64,000 nt of DNA, taken from the NCBI GenBank assembly GCA_012522045.1, contig JAAYLC010000198.1, positions 1,797 through 65,796 of the forward strand, read 5' to 3'. Both the position numbers and the translations under genes were made by a program. The DNA is from Bacteroidota bacterium. Its GTDB lineage: Bacteria > Bacteroidota > Bacteroidia > Flavobacteriales > Flavobacteriaceae. This document shows positions 50,036 to 60,268 of this stretch, piece after piece. Under the pieces are notes generated by a model. The model saw only the letters and a program-made list of their open reading frames with translations. It did no database searches and was not told the origin of the DNA. Each line of letters begins with the position of its first letter. The first letter of the stretch is position 1.

Positions 50036-51259
50036 ATGAGTAACGAAGTTTTAGTAAAAGTCGAAAACGTCTCCAAAAAATTCTGTAAAGACCTTAAAAC
50101 CAGTTTGTGGTATGGGGTGAAAGATTTAGTTTCCGGCTTGAAGGGCAACAAGCAAGAGCGCAAGTTGCGTCCCAAGGAATTTTGGGCGGTCAAAGACATC
50201 AGTTTTGAGCTGCGCCGGGGCGAGTGTCTCGGCTTGATCGGACACAACGGTGCCGGAAAATCGACCTTGTTGAAAATTTTAAACGGATTGATCAATCCCG
50301 ATGCCGGAAAAGTTACCATGAAAGGCAGGGTAGGCGCGTTGATTGAATTGGGTGCCGGGTTTAACCCCATTTTGACCGGAAGAGAAAACATCTATAACAA
50401 CGGTGCGATTCTCGGTTTTACACGGCAAGAGATTGATGCCAAGATGAAAGCCATCATTGAATTTTCCGAATTGGAAGAGTTTTTAGACATGCCCGTGCGC
50501 AACTACAGCAGCGGAATGAAAGTGCGTTTGGGTTTTGCCGTTGCGGCGCAGATGGAACCGGACGTGCTAATCATAGATGAAGTGTTGGCAGTAGGAGATT
50601 TGGGCTTTATTCTAAAATGCTTTAAGCAGATAGACAGAATATTGCCTCATACAGCCATTATTTTCGTTTCGCACAATATGCCAATGGTCTCCCGCATCTG
50701 TACGCAAATTATTTTGATGGAGAAAGGGCAAAGTAAATTTCAAGGAGAGGATGTGTCTAAAGCCATTGATTTGTACTACACCCGATTTGCAAATAACGAA
50801 AGCAATGTTGTTTTTGATGACGGCTCTTTAAAATTGGAGCAGGTAGAAATTCCCGATGCATCTTATTTGGAAGGCATTCCGCAAGTGCCATGGGGCGAAA
50901 CGCTGAAACTGAAATTCAGGTTTTCGATTAAAAGACCCATGAATGTGCCTTTTTTTGGTATCAATATTTTGGACAAAGAACAGCGTCCGGTGGCGGTATT
51001 AAAGCGCAATCCGGAAAACTCCGATTTGGAAATCAAGGATGGAGTGCTAGAATTCATCGCGATTCATAAACATCTACAGCTTTCAAAAGGACTGTATTCC
51101 ATCAACATTTCGGTTTCGGAATTTGTTAGAAATAACCCCGTACTTAGAATAAATAGCATTCTGTCATTTCAGGTAAATTATGAAGAAGAAATCTGGCCGC
51201 CTTTTTTGCTGCAATCTGAATTTAAGGCAGTCAATAATTCCGTGAAAAGTATAAAATAA
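50036..51259 (+). CDS. wzt: polysaccharide ABC exporter ATP-binding protein with C-terminal substrate-binding-type extension
   Basis: Walker A GHNGAGKST, signature YSSGMKVRL and Walker B LIIDEVL. About 160 extra C-terminal residues are beta-rich (GETLKLKFRFSIKRP...YSINISVSEF), as in Wzt proteins that carry a glycan-end-binding domain. Confidence 0.85.
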   Translation: MSNEVLVKVENVSKKFCKDLKTSLWYGVKDLVSGLKGNKQERKLRPKEFWAVKDISFELRRGECLGLIGHNGAGKSTLLKILNGLINPDAGKVTMKGRVGALIELGAGFNPILTGRENIYNNGAILGFTRQEIDAKMKAIIEFSELEEFLDMPVRNYSSGMKVRLGFAVAAQMEPDVLIIDEVLAVGDLGFILKCFKQIDRILPHTAIIFVSHNMPMVSRICTQIILMEKGQSKFQGEDVSKAIDLYYTRFANNESNVVFDDGSLKLEQVEIPDASYLEGIPQVPWGETLKLKFRFSIKRPMNVPFFGINILDKEQRPVAVLKRNPENSDLEIKDGVLEFIAIHKHLQLSKGLYSINISVSEFVRNNPVLRINSILSFQVNYEEEIWPPFLLQSEFKAVNNSVKSIK

Positions 51260-51329
51260 GAACTATCTTTTTCAATTCCTGCTGGTAAAACCTTATATTC
51301 GCAAAAGAATTCAACCAACCAACAACCAA

Positions 51330-52430
51330 ATGATACCTGTAACCAAACCATTTTTGCCTCCGCAGGAGGAATACCAGGCTTACCTGAACGAGATATGGAG
51401 CAGCGGTTGGCTCACCAATATGGGACCGCTGTCGGTCGAACTGGAACAAAAACTTACAGCCCATCTTCGTGTGCCGCAGCTGTTGTACGTTACCAACGGC
51501 ACCGTGGCATTGCAAATGGCAATCAAAGCATTGGACTTAAAAGGGGAAATCATCACCACGCCTTTTTCTTTCGTCGCCACCACCAGCAGCATTGTATGGG
51601 AAGGCTGTACGCCCGTGTTTGTAGATATCGATTCTGACAGCTTAAACATCGATGCCGGCAAGATTGAAGCCGCCATTACCGAAAAAACAACCGCCATCCT
51701 TGCTACCCACGTTTATGGAAATCCGTGCGATGTGCTTGCCATTGACGCCATTGCCAAAAAACACAACTTAAAAGTAATCTACGATGCCGCCCATGCCTTT
51801 GGCGTGGAAGTTTATGGGAAATCCATTTTTGAATACGGAGACATTTCTACGTGTTCGTTGCACGCTACCAAATTGTACCATTCCATTGAAGGCGGTTTGA
51901 TAATTGCCGGAAATGCGGAATTGCACCAAAAGTTGCGATACATTCGCAATTTCGGAATCTCCGGATTTTATGAGTTTGCAGAATTGGGGATTAACGGCAA
52001 GAATAGTGAGTTTCACGCCGCTATGGGTTTGGTTAATTTAAATCACATCGCTGCCATTTCAGAAAAGCGCAAAGCATTGGTAAAGAAATATGATGAATTA
52101 TTAAAAGAAACCCGGTTGCAGCGTCCTGTTTGGCATCAAGATTCCGAAAATAATGCCGCTTATTATCCTGTTATTTTTGAAACGGAGGAAGCATTACTTC
52201 AAGCGGAAGAAACTTTCAAACAAAATCAAATCGGAACCAGACGGTATTTTTATCCCAGCTTGGCAACTGCATTGCCTTACTTGGATCCAACTGAAATGGA
52301 GATTACAGATAGTATTTCCAAAAGGGTTTTGTGTTTGCCACTTTATTATGATTTAGAAATTGAAGATGTCAACGTTGTATGTGGGATTTTGAAATTAAAT
52401 AATCAAATTCAAACAATAAAGCACAGCTAA
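51330..52430 (+). CDS. DegT/DnrJ/EryC1/StrS-family sugar aminotransferase
   Basis: N-terminus MIPVTKPFLPP and PLP-lysine context SLHATKLYHSIEGG. 366 aa. Confidence 0.85.
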   Translation: MIPVTKPFLPPQEEYQAYLNEIWSSGWLTNMGPLSVELEQKLTAHLRVPQLLYVTNGTVALQMAIKALDLKGEIITTPFSFVATTSSIVWEGCTPVFVDIDSDSLNIDAGKIEAAITEKTTAILATHVYGNPCDVLAIDAIAKKHNLKVIYDAAHAFGVEVYGKSIFEYGDISTCSLHATKLYHSIEGGLIIAGNAELHQKLRYIRNFGISGFYEFAELGINGKNSEFHAAMGLVNLNHIAAISEKRKALVKKYDELLKETRLQRPVWHQDSENNAAYYPVIFETEEALLQAEETFKQNQIGTRRYFYPSLATALPYLDPTEMEITDSISKRVLCLPLYYDLEIEDVNVVCGILKLNNQIQTIKHS

Positions 52431-52445
52431 TCAAATTTTAATGCA

Positions 52446-53588
52446 ATGAAACACAATCAATACAATGAGAATTTCAAGTTTTTCAAAGAACCTTCGGAAT
52501 TCAATAAATATTCAGACAAAAGTTTGTTGCAATATTGTTTGGGAGGGACGTTGTATATGCCTGGAAATAAAAATGTGATTAATAAGATTCTAACTAAGAA
52601 TTTGAATCATGTCACATCAATGGTGATGGACTTTGAAGATGCTCTAAAGGCTAAGGATGTTTCTAATGCAGAGGAAAATGTATTGGAGCACCTAACAATA
52701 CTATATGAAGCTGTTGAATCGAATAAAATTTCGTACGATGACATTCCGCTAATCTTTTTAAGAGTAAGAAATATAGAGCAATTTCGGAATTTTATACAAC
52801 GTGTTAATAGACAACAAGCTGACGTATTAACTGGATTTGTTTTTCCAAAATTTTATAGTGATAATGCGGACGAATATCTGAGTGAATTAAAAAGGTTAAA
52901 CAAAAATCTTGGTGTTAATCTATATGGAATGCCTATCCTCGAGGGTAGGGCAATTGCTTTTAAAGAATCGAGATTAGATGAACTTAAAGCGCTTCAAAAA
53001 ATTATAGAACCTTATAAACATTTGATTCTGAACATTCGTGTAGGAGGAACTGATTTTTCTTCTATTTTTGGAGTTCGGCGAGGCATCAATTCTTCTATTT
53101 ACGATATACTTACAGTTAGAGATTGTCTTTCAGACATCCTCAATTTTTTTAACCGTGAGGGCGTAGGTTATACTGTATCTGCCCCTGTATGGGAATATTT
53201 TTTAGCCTATAAGAAAGATAATATACAACATCTTTTGGAACGCGACATTAATCATTCCTTATTGAGCAGGAATACCATTCTCAACGAAGCCATTGATGGT
53301 CTTTTAAGAGAGGTTTTGTTGGATAAAGCCAATGGATTTGTAGGGAAAACAATTATCCACCCTTCACATATTAAGTTTGTGAATGCAATGCAAGCGGTTA
53401 CAAGAGAAGAATATGAAGATGCGGTACAAGTTTTAGGTACAGAAGGAGGTGTTATAAAAAGTGCAAAAGCCAATAAAATGAACGAGATAAATCCACATCG
53501 GAACTGGGCCGTAAAAATTGTAAATAAAGCCAACGCATACGGAGTGGTAGAAGATGAGCGTTCGTATCTGAAATTGATACTTGGTTAA
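52446..53588 (+). CDS. CitE/HpcH-HpaI-like C-C lyase/aldolase family protein (long form, 380 aa)
   Basis: Metal-site motif MVMDFEDAL (the xDxED of citrate lyase beta/HpcH) and KTIIHPSHI (the IHPxQ-type motif). About 90 aa longer than the canonical CitE length as I recall it. Confidence 0.65.
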   Translation: MKHNQYNENFKFFKEPSEFNKYSDKSLLQYCLGGTLYMPGNKNVINKILTKNLNHVTSMVMDFEDALKAKDVSNAEENVLEHLTILYEAVESNKISYDDIPLIFLRVRNIEQFRNFIQRVNRQQADVLTGFVFPKFYSDNADEYLSELKRLNKNLGVNLYGMPILEGRAIAFKESRLDELKALQKIIEPYKHLILNIRVGGTDFSSIFGVRRGINSSIYDILTVRDCLSDILNFFNREGVGYTVSAPVWEYFLAYKKDNIQHLLERDINHSLLSRNTILNEAIDGLLREVLLDKANGFVGKTIIHPSHIKFVNAMQAVTREEYEDAVQVLGTEGGVIKSAKANKMNEINPHRNWAVKIVNKANAYGVVEDERSYLKLILG

Positions 53589-53605
53589 CTATTAAACAAA
53601 TAATA

Positions 53606-54955
53606 ATGTCAAAAAATTTAACTGACGAGTTTACTGAAGGACTTTACAAATTAAGTAAACAGGATTTTTCAGGGACAGTCATTAGAGAAGCTAAAAATTG
53701 TTTATTAGATTATATAGGGGTAACTATTGTCGGTGCTAAAATCATTAAAGAAAAAAGTTTAAAATCAATTGAAGTTCTTGGAGATGTCGGAGATTGTTCA
53801 ATTGTTGGATTAGAGACTCGGTCTTCCATTCAAACAGCCATGTTGTTTAATGGAATACATGCTCACATTGTTGAATTGGACGATGGTCATAGGGTGGCAA
53901 TGATGCATCCCGGCGCTCCTGTTATTTCAGCTTTATTGCCCTTGGCTCAACAAAAAAATATTTCAGGTATTGATTTTTTAAGAGGCATCATTTTAGGGTA
54001 CGAAGCATCCATTAGGTTAGCATCAGTCTTGCAGCCCTCGATGAAAGATAAAGGCTTTCACGGTACAGGAATTGCCGGAACCATAGGAGCTGCTGTAGGT
54101 ATTGCGACTGCTTTAAAATTTTCCAAAGAACAAATGAAAGATGCAATTTCTGCAGCTGTTACAAGTGCCTCAGGAATACTTAAAGTAATTAAGGATATTT
54201 CAGAGCTAAAACCCTACAATGTAGGGAATGCGGCAAGAAATGGATACATAGCTGCGATGCTTGGCTTAACTGATTTCAAAGGTCCCAAAGATGTTTTCGG
54301 TGGAAAATTAGGATTTTTAATGATGATGTCAGAAAATTATAATAAAGAGTTTCTGCAGTTTAAAGAAAATGAAAAATTGTCTATCCTTAGCATTTATAGA
54401 AAGCCCTATGCAGCTTGCAGGCATTGTCATTCACCTATTGAAGCTGCTTTAAATATTAAAAAAACACATCAATTAGATATAAATCGTATTAAATCGGTTA
54501 ATATAGAAACCTATTACTGGGCAGTAGGAGGGCATGACCATGTGGATGTTATTGGAATAAATTCAGCAAAGATGAGTACGCCATACAGTGTAGCAGTTGC
54601 ATTGGTAAAATCAAAAGCCGGTTTGTCAGAGTTCACTACAGAAATAATCAACAATACTGAAGTAATTAACCTTGCTAAAAAAGTAAAAGTGAAATCAAGT
54701 GAAGAATTAACTTTATTGGTTCCTCATAAAAGAGCTGCAATTTTAAATATAGAAACAAATGACGGGTTAATTTACACCGAAAGGGTTGATTACCCCAAAG
54801 GTGAACCAGAGAATCCTATTACAGATGAAGAGTTAAAAGAAAAGTTTTTCTCTTTGATGCAATATTCAGAAAAATCACATCACGAATCGCAAAAGTTAAT
54901 GCAAATTGTCGATAATTTAGAAACAGATTTAGACAAAATATTTCAATATTTGTAG
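53606..54955 (+). CDS. MmgE/PrpD-family protein
   Basis: 449 aa with family motifs HAHIVELDDGH and KGFHGTGIAGTIGAA. Confidence 0.8.
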   Translation: MSKNLTDEFTEGLYKLSKQDFSGTVIREAKNCLLDYIGVTIVGAKIIKEKSLKSIEVLGDVGDCSIVGLETRSSIQTAMLFNGIHAHIVELDDGHRVAMMHPGAPVISALLPLAQQKNISGIDFLRGIILGYEASIRLASVLQPSMKDKGFHGTGIAGTIGAAVGIATALKFSKEQMKDAISAAVTSASGILKVIKDISELKPYNVGNAARNGYIAAMLGLTDFKGPKDVFGGKLGFLMMMSENYNKEFLQFKENEKLSILSIYRKPYAACRHCHSPIEAALNIKKTHQLDINRIKSVNIETYYWAVGGHDHVDVIGINSAKMSTPYSVAVALVKSKAGLSEFTTEIINNTEVINLAKKVKVKSSEELTLLVPHKRAAILNIETNDGLIYTERVDYPKGEPENPITDEELKEKFFSLMQYSEKSHHESQKLMQIVDNLETDLDKIFQYL

Positions 54956-54970
54956 AACAATTTAATAGAA

Positions 54971-55864
54971 ATGAAAGATAGTAGGAAATTTTTAGAAAAA
55001 ATAGGTTTGCCGGGAGGCGACGCCTACGATTTACCAACATCTGAAAAGCGTTTTTCCGACGGTGCCCAATATCGTTTTGAAGTCCCGGGTATTCAAGGAC
55101 CAAAAGCAATGAAAGCACTTTTGGAAGAAGTTGACAGGTTGGGACTTGTAATTCATAGGGTTACCCAAACCAAAGGAATTATGCTATTGTCAGATAGCGA
55201 TATAGAGCAAATGGTTGCTTTGGCAAATGAGCATAAAGTAGAACTTATTTTAGCCATCGGACCAAGAGCAACAACAGACACCAGTGCATCTGTAAATACA
55301 CCAGAAGGACAAAGAATGGGATACAGATTACGTGGCCAGGAGCAAATCGTAAGAGCAATGGAAGAGGTAAAAAGAGCGGTTAAATTGGGATGTACTTCAT
55401 TCTTGGTTTATGATGAAGGTAGCTTGTGGCTATTTGACAAAATGAGAGAATTGGGAGAAATACCTTCGGAATGTCATTTTAAAGTGTCGGCCCATACCGG
55501 ACACGGTAACCCATGTTCTGCGAAATTACTAGAAAGCATCGGAGCAAATTCGATTAACCCTATCCGCGATATTCAGTTGCAGATGTTAGCTTCTATACGT
55601 CAGGCAATCAATGTGCCTATTGATGTGCATACCGAAAATCCTGCTTCTACCGGAGGATTTATACGCCACTATGAAGTACCTGAAATGATTCGAGTAGCAG
55701 CACCCATTTATTTGAAAACAGGAGGATCAGTAGCAAAAACACACAGTTGGGACACTACGGAGGCAGATGCCAAGCAAAGAGCAAAACAAGTGGCGTTGGT
55801 TAAGCGAATGATTGATGAGTATTATCCTGAGGCGATAGCTTCTAAAAAAGGTTCTATAAAATAG
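54971..55864 (+). CDS. hypothetical enzyme, family not assigned (possible beta/alpha-barrel)
   Basis: 297 aa, no signal peptide or TM segment. Alternating hydrophobic-strand and helix pattern. The segment FKVSAHTGHGNPCSAKLLESIGANSINP loosely resembles the His-containing strand/helix of DRE-TIM metallolyases, but I cannot confirm this. Confidence 0.6.
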   Translation: MKDSRKFLEKIGLPGGDAYDLPTSEKRFSDGAQYRFEVPGIQGPKAMKALLEEVDRLGLVIHRVTQTKGIMLLSDSDIEQMVALANEHKVELILAIGPRATTDTSASVNTPEGQRMGYRLRGQEQIVRAMEEVKRAVKLGCTSFLVYDEGSLWLFDKMRELGEIPSECHFKVSAHTGHGNPCSAKLLESIGANSINPIRDIQLQMLASIRQAINVPIDVHTENPASTGGFIRHYEVPEMIRVAAPIYLKTGGSVAKTHSWDTTEADAKQRAKQVALVKRMIDEYYPEAIASKKGSIK

Positions 55865-55867
55865 ATT

Positions 55868-56899
55868 ATGCCTCAAATCCAACTTGATGTCATTGATACT
55901 GTTGTCATCCAAACGCTTACCAAATGCAGGGTAAGTGTAAAGAATGCTAAAATTATTTCGGACTCAATATTATTTGCTCATCGAACCGGAAAAGGCACAC
56001 ACGGTATTTCTAGGCTTCCTATTTATGTCAAAAAGATTAATAATGGAAGTCTAAACCCGACTACTGAATTTAGCGTAGTTAAAGACCGTAAGGTTGTTGC
56101 TGTACTTGATGCCGAAAACGGATTTGGTCAACTTGCAGCACATAAAGCTGTAGAGATGGCTATCGAAAAGGCAAAAGAATTCGGAGTAGGAATTGTTGGT
56201 GTCCGCAATAGTAATAATTTCGGGACAGCGGCTTATTTTTTGAACCAGGCGGCACAAGAAAACTTTATCAGTACCATCTATTCTAACTCGGCTCCTGCCC
56301 TTGCACCTTGGGGAGGCAGTAAAGCTGTTTTCGGAACTACCCCTATTGGGTATGGGTTTCCGGTAGGTGAAGGAAAAGCACCTATCCTTCTGGATATGGC
56401 TACTTCTTTTGCTGCACGAGGAAAAATCAGATTGGCGGCTAAAAACAATGAGAAAATTCCGCTGGGCTGGGCACTCGACCAAAACGGAAATCCGACGGAA
56501 GATCCGAACGAAGCACTCAAAGGAACTTTAGTACCGATTGGCGAACACAAAGGTGCAGGACTTTCAATGATAGTCGATTTGTTTGCCGGTTTACTTACCG
56601 GTGCCGGATTCGCAGGAGATGTATTGAACTTGAACACCAATGGCGAATACTCCAGAAACGGACATTTTGTAATGGTGCTGAACATTGACTTTTTTATGAG
56701 TCCAGAAGAATATCAATTAAAAATCGAATACTTAATTTCTAAAATAAAGGAACAACAGACCACTAATACGATTAAATATCCGGGAGAATCTGCTTTTGAA
56801 AACAGCAAAACCAATTCGGAATACGTGCAGATTAGTGATAAAGTTGTCAGTGAAATAAATCAATTATTAACTCAATTGGAGTTGAATATCTCAATGTAA
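55868..56899 (+). CDS. Ldh_2-family (malate/L-sulfolactate/ureidoglycolate dehydrogenase-type) oxidoreductase
   Basis: Family motifs THGISRLPIYV, NSNNFGTAAY, DMATSFAARGKI and IGEHKGAGLSM. Confidence 0.8.
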   Translation: MPQIQLDVIDTVVIQTLTKCRVSVKNAKIISDSILFAHRTGKGTHGISRLPIYVKKINNGSLNPTTEFSVVKDRKVVAVLDAENGFGQLAAHKAVEMAIEKAKEFGVGIVGVRNSNNFGTAAYFLNQAAQENFISTIYSNSAPALAPWGGSKAVFGTTPIGYGFPVGEGKAPILLDMATSFAARGKIRLAAKNNEKIPLGWALDQNGNPTEDPNEALKGTLVPIGEHKGAGLSMIVDLFAGLLTGAGFAGDVLNLNTNGEYSRNGHFVMVLNIDFFMSPEEYQLKIEYLISKIKEQQTTNTIKYPGESAFENSKTNSEYVQISDKVVSEINQLLTQLELNISM

Positions 56900-58155
56900 T
56901 GATTGAAAATAACAACAAACCGGTAGCTATCGTGTTAGGAGGTACAAATCCTCATAAAAAATTATTAGAAAAACTAAAAAACAGAGGTTTTTTTGCTGTA
57001 CTAATTGATTATTTGGCTAATCCTCCTGCAAAATTAACTGCTGATTTGCATGTGCAAGAAAGTACTTTGGATAAAGACAAAGTATTGGATATTGCTCAAA
57101 AACTGAATGCGCAACTTGTGATTGCAACATGCGTGGATCAGGCTAACGTAACGGCTTGTTATGTAGCTGAAAAAATGAATTTACCCAGACCTTACAGCTA
57201 CGAAGTTGCTTGTGAAATTTCGGATAAAGTGAAGATGAAACTTCGCATGAAAAAAGCGAATATCCCAACTGCAGCCTATATTCAGACTTCGAGTGCGGAA
57301 GGCTTAAATGTGGATTCTTTACACTTTCCGTTAGTTGTTAAACCATCAGATTCCAATGGGTCTAAAGGAGTAAGAAGAGTGGACAATAACCAAGAGCTCA
57401 ATGCGTATCTTCAGGAAGCTTTAGCCATTAGCCGCAATGGTATGGCAGTGGTGGAAGAATTTATTGAAGGGGATGAAATCGGGGTGGATTGTTTTATTGT
57501 AAATGGAAAAGCGCATATTGTAACCATGCACAAAAAGCGCAAACCATCTATTAAAGACGGAACGGTAATTTATTCGATTGGGTCTATATCACCTCCGAAT
57601 ATTTCGGCTACGGCAAAAAATCTTATTGTTGAAATTGCTGATAAAATAGCGGTCGAGTTTGAGCTACAAAACACACCTTTATTGATGCAACTAATCGTAT
57701 CTGATGACAAAGTGAATGTGGTAGAATTTGCACCACGCATCGGTGGAGGTTTAAACTTCAGAAAGATTAAATTATTTGCCGATTTTGATATACTTGAAGC
57801 TTCGATAGATTCATATTACAACAAAGTCGTTGAAATCCCTAAAAACAATATCGATTTTTTATACTCTGAAAATCATATTTATGTAGAAGCCGGTACATTT
57901 GGTCGCATTGAAGGCATTGCTGATTTAGTAAAAGACGGAACCATCTTGGAATTCTACCAAAACAAAACACAAGGCGCACCAATATTTTCAGGTAACGCCA
58001 GTAAAGATCGTGTAGGGTCGTTTATTGTAAGAGCCAGAGACATCAACGAAGTGAAAAATAAAATCAGAAGAGTTTTTGATACTATCAAAATCTATAATAT
58101 AGACGATAAACCAATGAAGTATAGTTACGACTATATCGATTTATTACTAGATTAA
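56899..58155 (+). CDS. ATP-grasp domain carboxylate-amine ligase
   Basis: FPLVVKPSDSNGSKGV, VVEEFIEGDEIGVDCF and VNVVEFAPRIGGG. Its start overlaps the upstream stop by 1 nt (TAATG). Confidence 0.8.
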   Translation: MIENNNKPVAIVLGGTNPHKKLLEKLKNRGFFAVLIDYLANPPAKLTADLHVQESTLDKDKVLDIAQKLNAQLVIATCVDQANVTACYVAEKMNLPRPYSYEVACEISDKVKMKLRMKKANIPTAAYIQTSSAEGLNVDSLHFPLVVKPSDSNGSKGVRRVDNNQELNAYLQEALAISRNGMAVVEEFIEGDEIGVDCFIVNGKAHIVTMHKKRKPSIKDGTVIYSIGSISPPNISATAKNLIVEIADKIAVEFELQNTPLLMQLIVSDDKVNVVEFAPRIGGGLNFRKIKLFADFDILEASIDSYYNKVVEIPKNNIDFLYSENHIYVEAGTFGRIEGIADLVKDGTILEFYQNKTQGAPIFSGNASKDRVGSFIVRARDINEVKNKIRRVFDTIKIYNIDDKPMKYSYDYIDLLLD

Positions 58156-58196
58156 TTTATTTTTCAACTCTTTGCTAAGTAAAAATTCCTTAGAAT

Positions 58197-58916
58197 ATGA
58201 ACGAAAACTTTATTGCGGAAAATGCAAAACTAATTTCTTCTATCCATGGTTTAGGAGTTAAAATCTACAGGAATGCCGAACTAAGGGAATCAATCCTCGG
58301 AAATGATGTCCAAGTTGGTGACGATTCTATACTTTTAAAGTGTAAGCTAGAATCCAATATAGCCATTAATAGAAGAAATTTTATACAAGAATCACAAATT
58401 GGAAGATTTACTTACACGGGTTTTAATACCGTGATTCGAGGAGTTGAAATTGGAAGATTTTGTTCTATTAGTTGGAATGTATCCATCGGAGGAAAAAACC
58501 ATGATATAGAGCATGTTACTACAAGTGCTATTTGGGGTTTTTACAATATGCTCGGAGAGAAATTAACTGATTTTCAATACAATAAAGGTAAAGGGATTTG
58601 TCAAATCGGTAACGATGTTCTTATTTCATCAGGAGCGATTATATTACGCAATGTTAAAATCGGTAATGGTGCTGTGATCGGTGCAGGTGCGGTAGTAACC
58701 AAAGATGTAGAACCTTATAGTATTGTGGCAGGAGTCCCCGCCAAAAAAATTAAAATGCGCTTTGATGATAAAACCATCGAAGCCTTAGAAGAAATCCAAT
58801 GGTGGAATTGGCCTATTGAAGTCATACGGGAAAATCTGGATTTAATTTATTCCACCAAAGTTGATAAGTCCGTCATCGAAAAATTAAAAGAAATTGCACA
58901 CACCAATAATTTATAA
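58197..58916 (+). CDS. left-handed beta-helix (hexapeptide) acyltransferase, CatB/Vat-like
   Basis: Hexapeptide repeats [35 protein letters not shown] and the C-terminal IQWWNWP motif seen in xenobiotic-type acetyltransferases. Confidence 0.8.
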   Translation: MNENFIAENAKLISSIHGLGVKIYRNAELRESILGNDVQVGDDSILLKCKLESNIAINRRNFIQESQIGRFTYTGFNTVIRGVEIGRFCSISWNVSIGGKNHDIEHVTTSAIWGFYNMLGEKLTDFQYNKGKGICQIGNDVLISSGAIILRNVKIGNGAVIGAGAVVTKDVEPYSIVAGVPAKKIKMRFDDKTIEALEEIQWWNWPIEVIRENLDLIYSTKVDKSVIEKLKEIAHTNNL

Positions 58917-58919
58917 ATT

Positions 58920-60263
58920 ATGTCTTCCTCAATCATTGATTCAAATTATTATAAAGATATGTTCGGTACTTCCGAAATGCGAGAAATATTTTCTGATGAT
59001 GCACGTCTGCAAGCTTGGATAGACACTGAGATAGCCTTGGCTAAAGCACAAGTGCAACTCGGAATTATTCCAAAGGGCATTGATAAAGCACTTGAAAAAG
59101 CAGGTAAAATCGAGAACCTGAATATAGAAGAGATGAAAGCCGACTTTGACAGAGTGGGATTTCCGATACTTCCTTTTGTCAAACAGTTGAATAAAGTTTG
59201 TGATTCAGAAACGGCTCGTTGGATACATTATGGAGCAACAACACAAGATATTTTGGATACAGGCATGGTGCTGCAAATCAAAAAAGGCATTCAACTTGTT
59301 GAAGAGGAATTAAATGCAATTATAGCTGCTACAGCAATACTAGCCCAAAAGCATAGTAAAACCGTTATGGCAGGAAGAACTTTCCAGCAGTTGGCGGCTC
59401 CTATTACTTTTGGCTACAAAGCAGCAGTTTGGTTAGATGAAATGTTACGCCATAGAGAACGAATCCAACAACTTAAAGAGCGCGTCTTGGTAGGACAATG
59501 TGCAGGCGCAGTAGGAACTTTTGCTACTTTAAAAGACAAGGGGATAGCGGTGCAAGAATTAATGATGACTTATTTAGAATTAAAGACACCGGACATTACT
59601 TGGCATACGGCAAGAGATTCTTGGGCTGAAATTGTAAATGATTTTGCCATGATTTCTGCCACGTTTGCAAAAATTGCAAACGAAATTGCAATTTTAATGC
59701 GCTCTGAAGTAGGTGAACTTAGTGAACCTTTTGAAGTAGGACGTGGAGCGAGTACCACCTTGCCACAGAAAAGAAACCCAATATCTTGTGAACCTATAAT
59801 TGCCATTGCTCCAAAAATGAGAGAATTGGCTAGTTCACAACTTACAGCAATGATACAAGAACACGAAAGAGGTGTCGGGCAAATGAATATCGAATGGATG
59901 GTGATTCCTGAAGCTTTTATTCTGATGTCCGGTTCACTTAAACATACACGGTTTCTTTTAGAAAATTTATGGGTAGGGGAAGAAAATATGCGAAAGAACC
60001 TTAATTTGGGTGGGGGGCTGTTGATGTCTGAATCCGTAATGATGGGATTGGCTCCAAAAGTAGGAAAAGCAAAGGCTCATCATTTAGTTTATGATGCAGC
60101 AGGGAAAGCTTATGAAAGTGGGATAACGCTAAAAGAAGCTTTAATGTCTGAACCTGAAATAACAAATGAACTTGATGAAGAAGAAATAGATACACTCACA
60201 GATCCTATAAACTATATTGGATGTGTTGAAGAAATGATACAAAAAGTTTTACAAAGAGTATAA
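58920..60263 (+). CDS. class-II fumarate-lyase superfamily protein (adenylosuccinate lyase / 3-carboxymuconate cycloisomerase-like)
   Basis: Superfamily signature loop GASTTLPQKRNP, plus TQDILDTG and GRTFQQLAAPITFG. Confidence 0.8.
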   Translation: MSSSIIDSNYYKDMFGTSEMREIFSDDARLQAWIDTEIALAKAQVQLGIIPKGIDKALEKAGKIENLNIEEMKADFDRVGFPILPFVKQLNKVCDSETARWIHYGATTQDILDTGMVLQIKKGIQLVEEELNAIIAATAILAQKHSKTVMAGRTFQQLAAPITFGYKAAVWLDEMLRHRERIQQLKERVLVGQCAGAVGTFATLKDKGIAVQELMMTYLELKTPDITWHTARDSWAEIVNDFAMISATFAKIANEIAILMRSEVGELSEPFEVGRGASTTLPQKRNPISCEPIIAIAPKMRELASSQLTAMIQEHERGVGQMNIEWMVIPEAFILMSGSLKHTRFLLENLWVGEENMRKNLNLGGGLLMSESVMMGLAPKVGKAKAHHLVYDAAGKAYESGITLKEALMSEPEITNELDEEEIDTLTDPINYIGCVEEMIQKVLQRV

Positions 60264-60268
60264 AAAGA

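Noticed and set aside
54971-56899. A ComA/ComC-like sulfolactate pathway (barrel protein plus Ldh_2 enzyme) fed by the neighbouring cys genes
   Set aside because: The 297-aa protein shows no convincing similarity to the phosphosulfolactate synthase sequence as I remember it. No ComB-type phosphatase or sulfite-generating cysH is present. It is kept only as a remote alternative in the findings.
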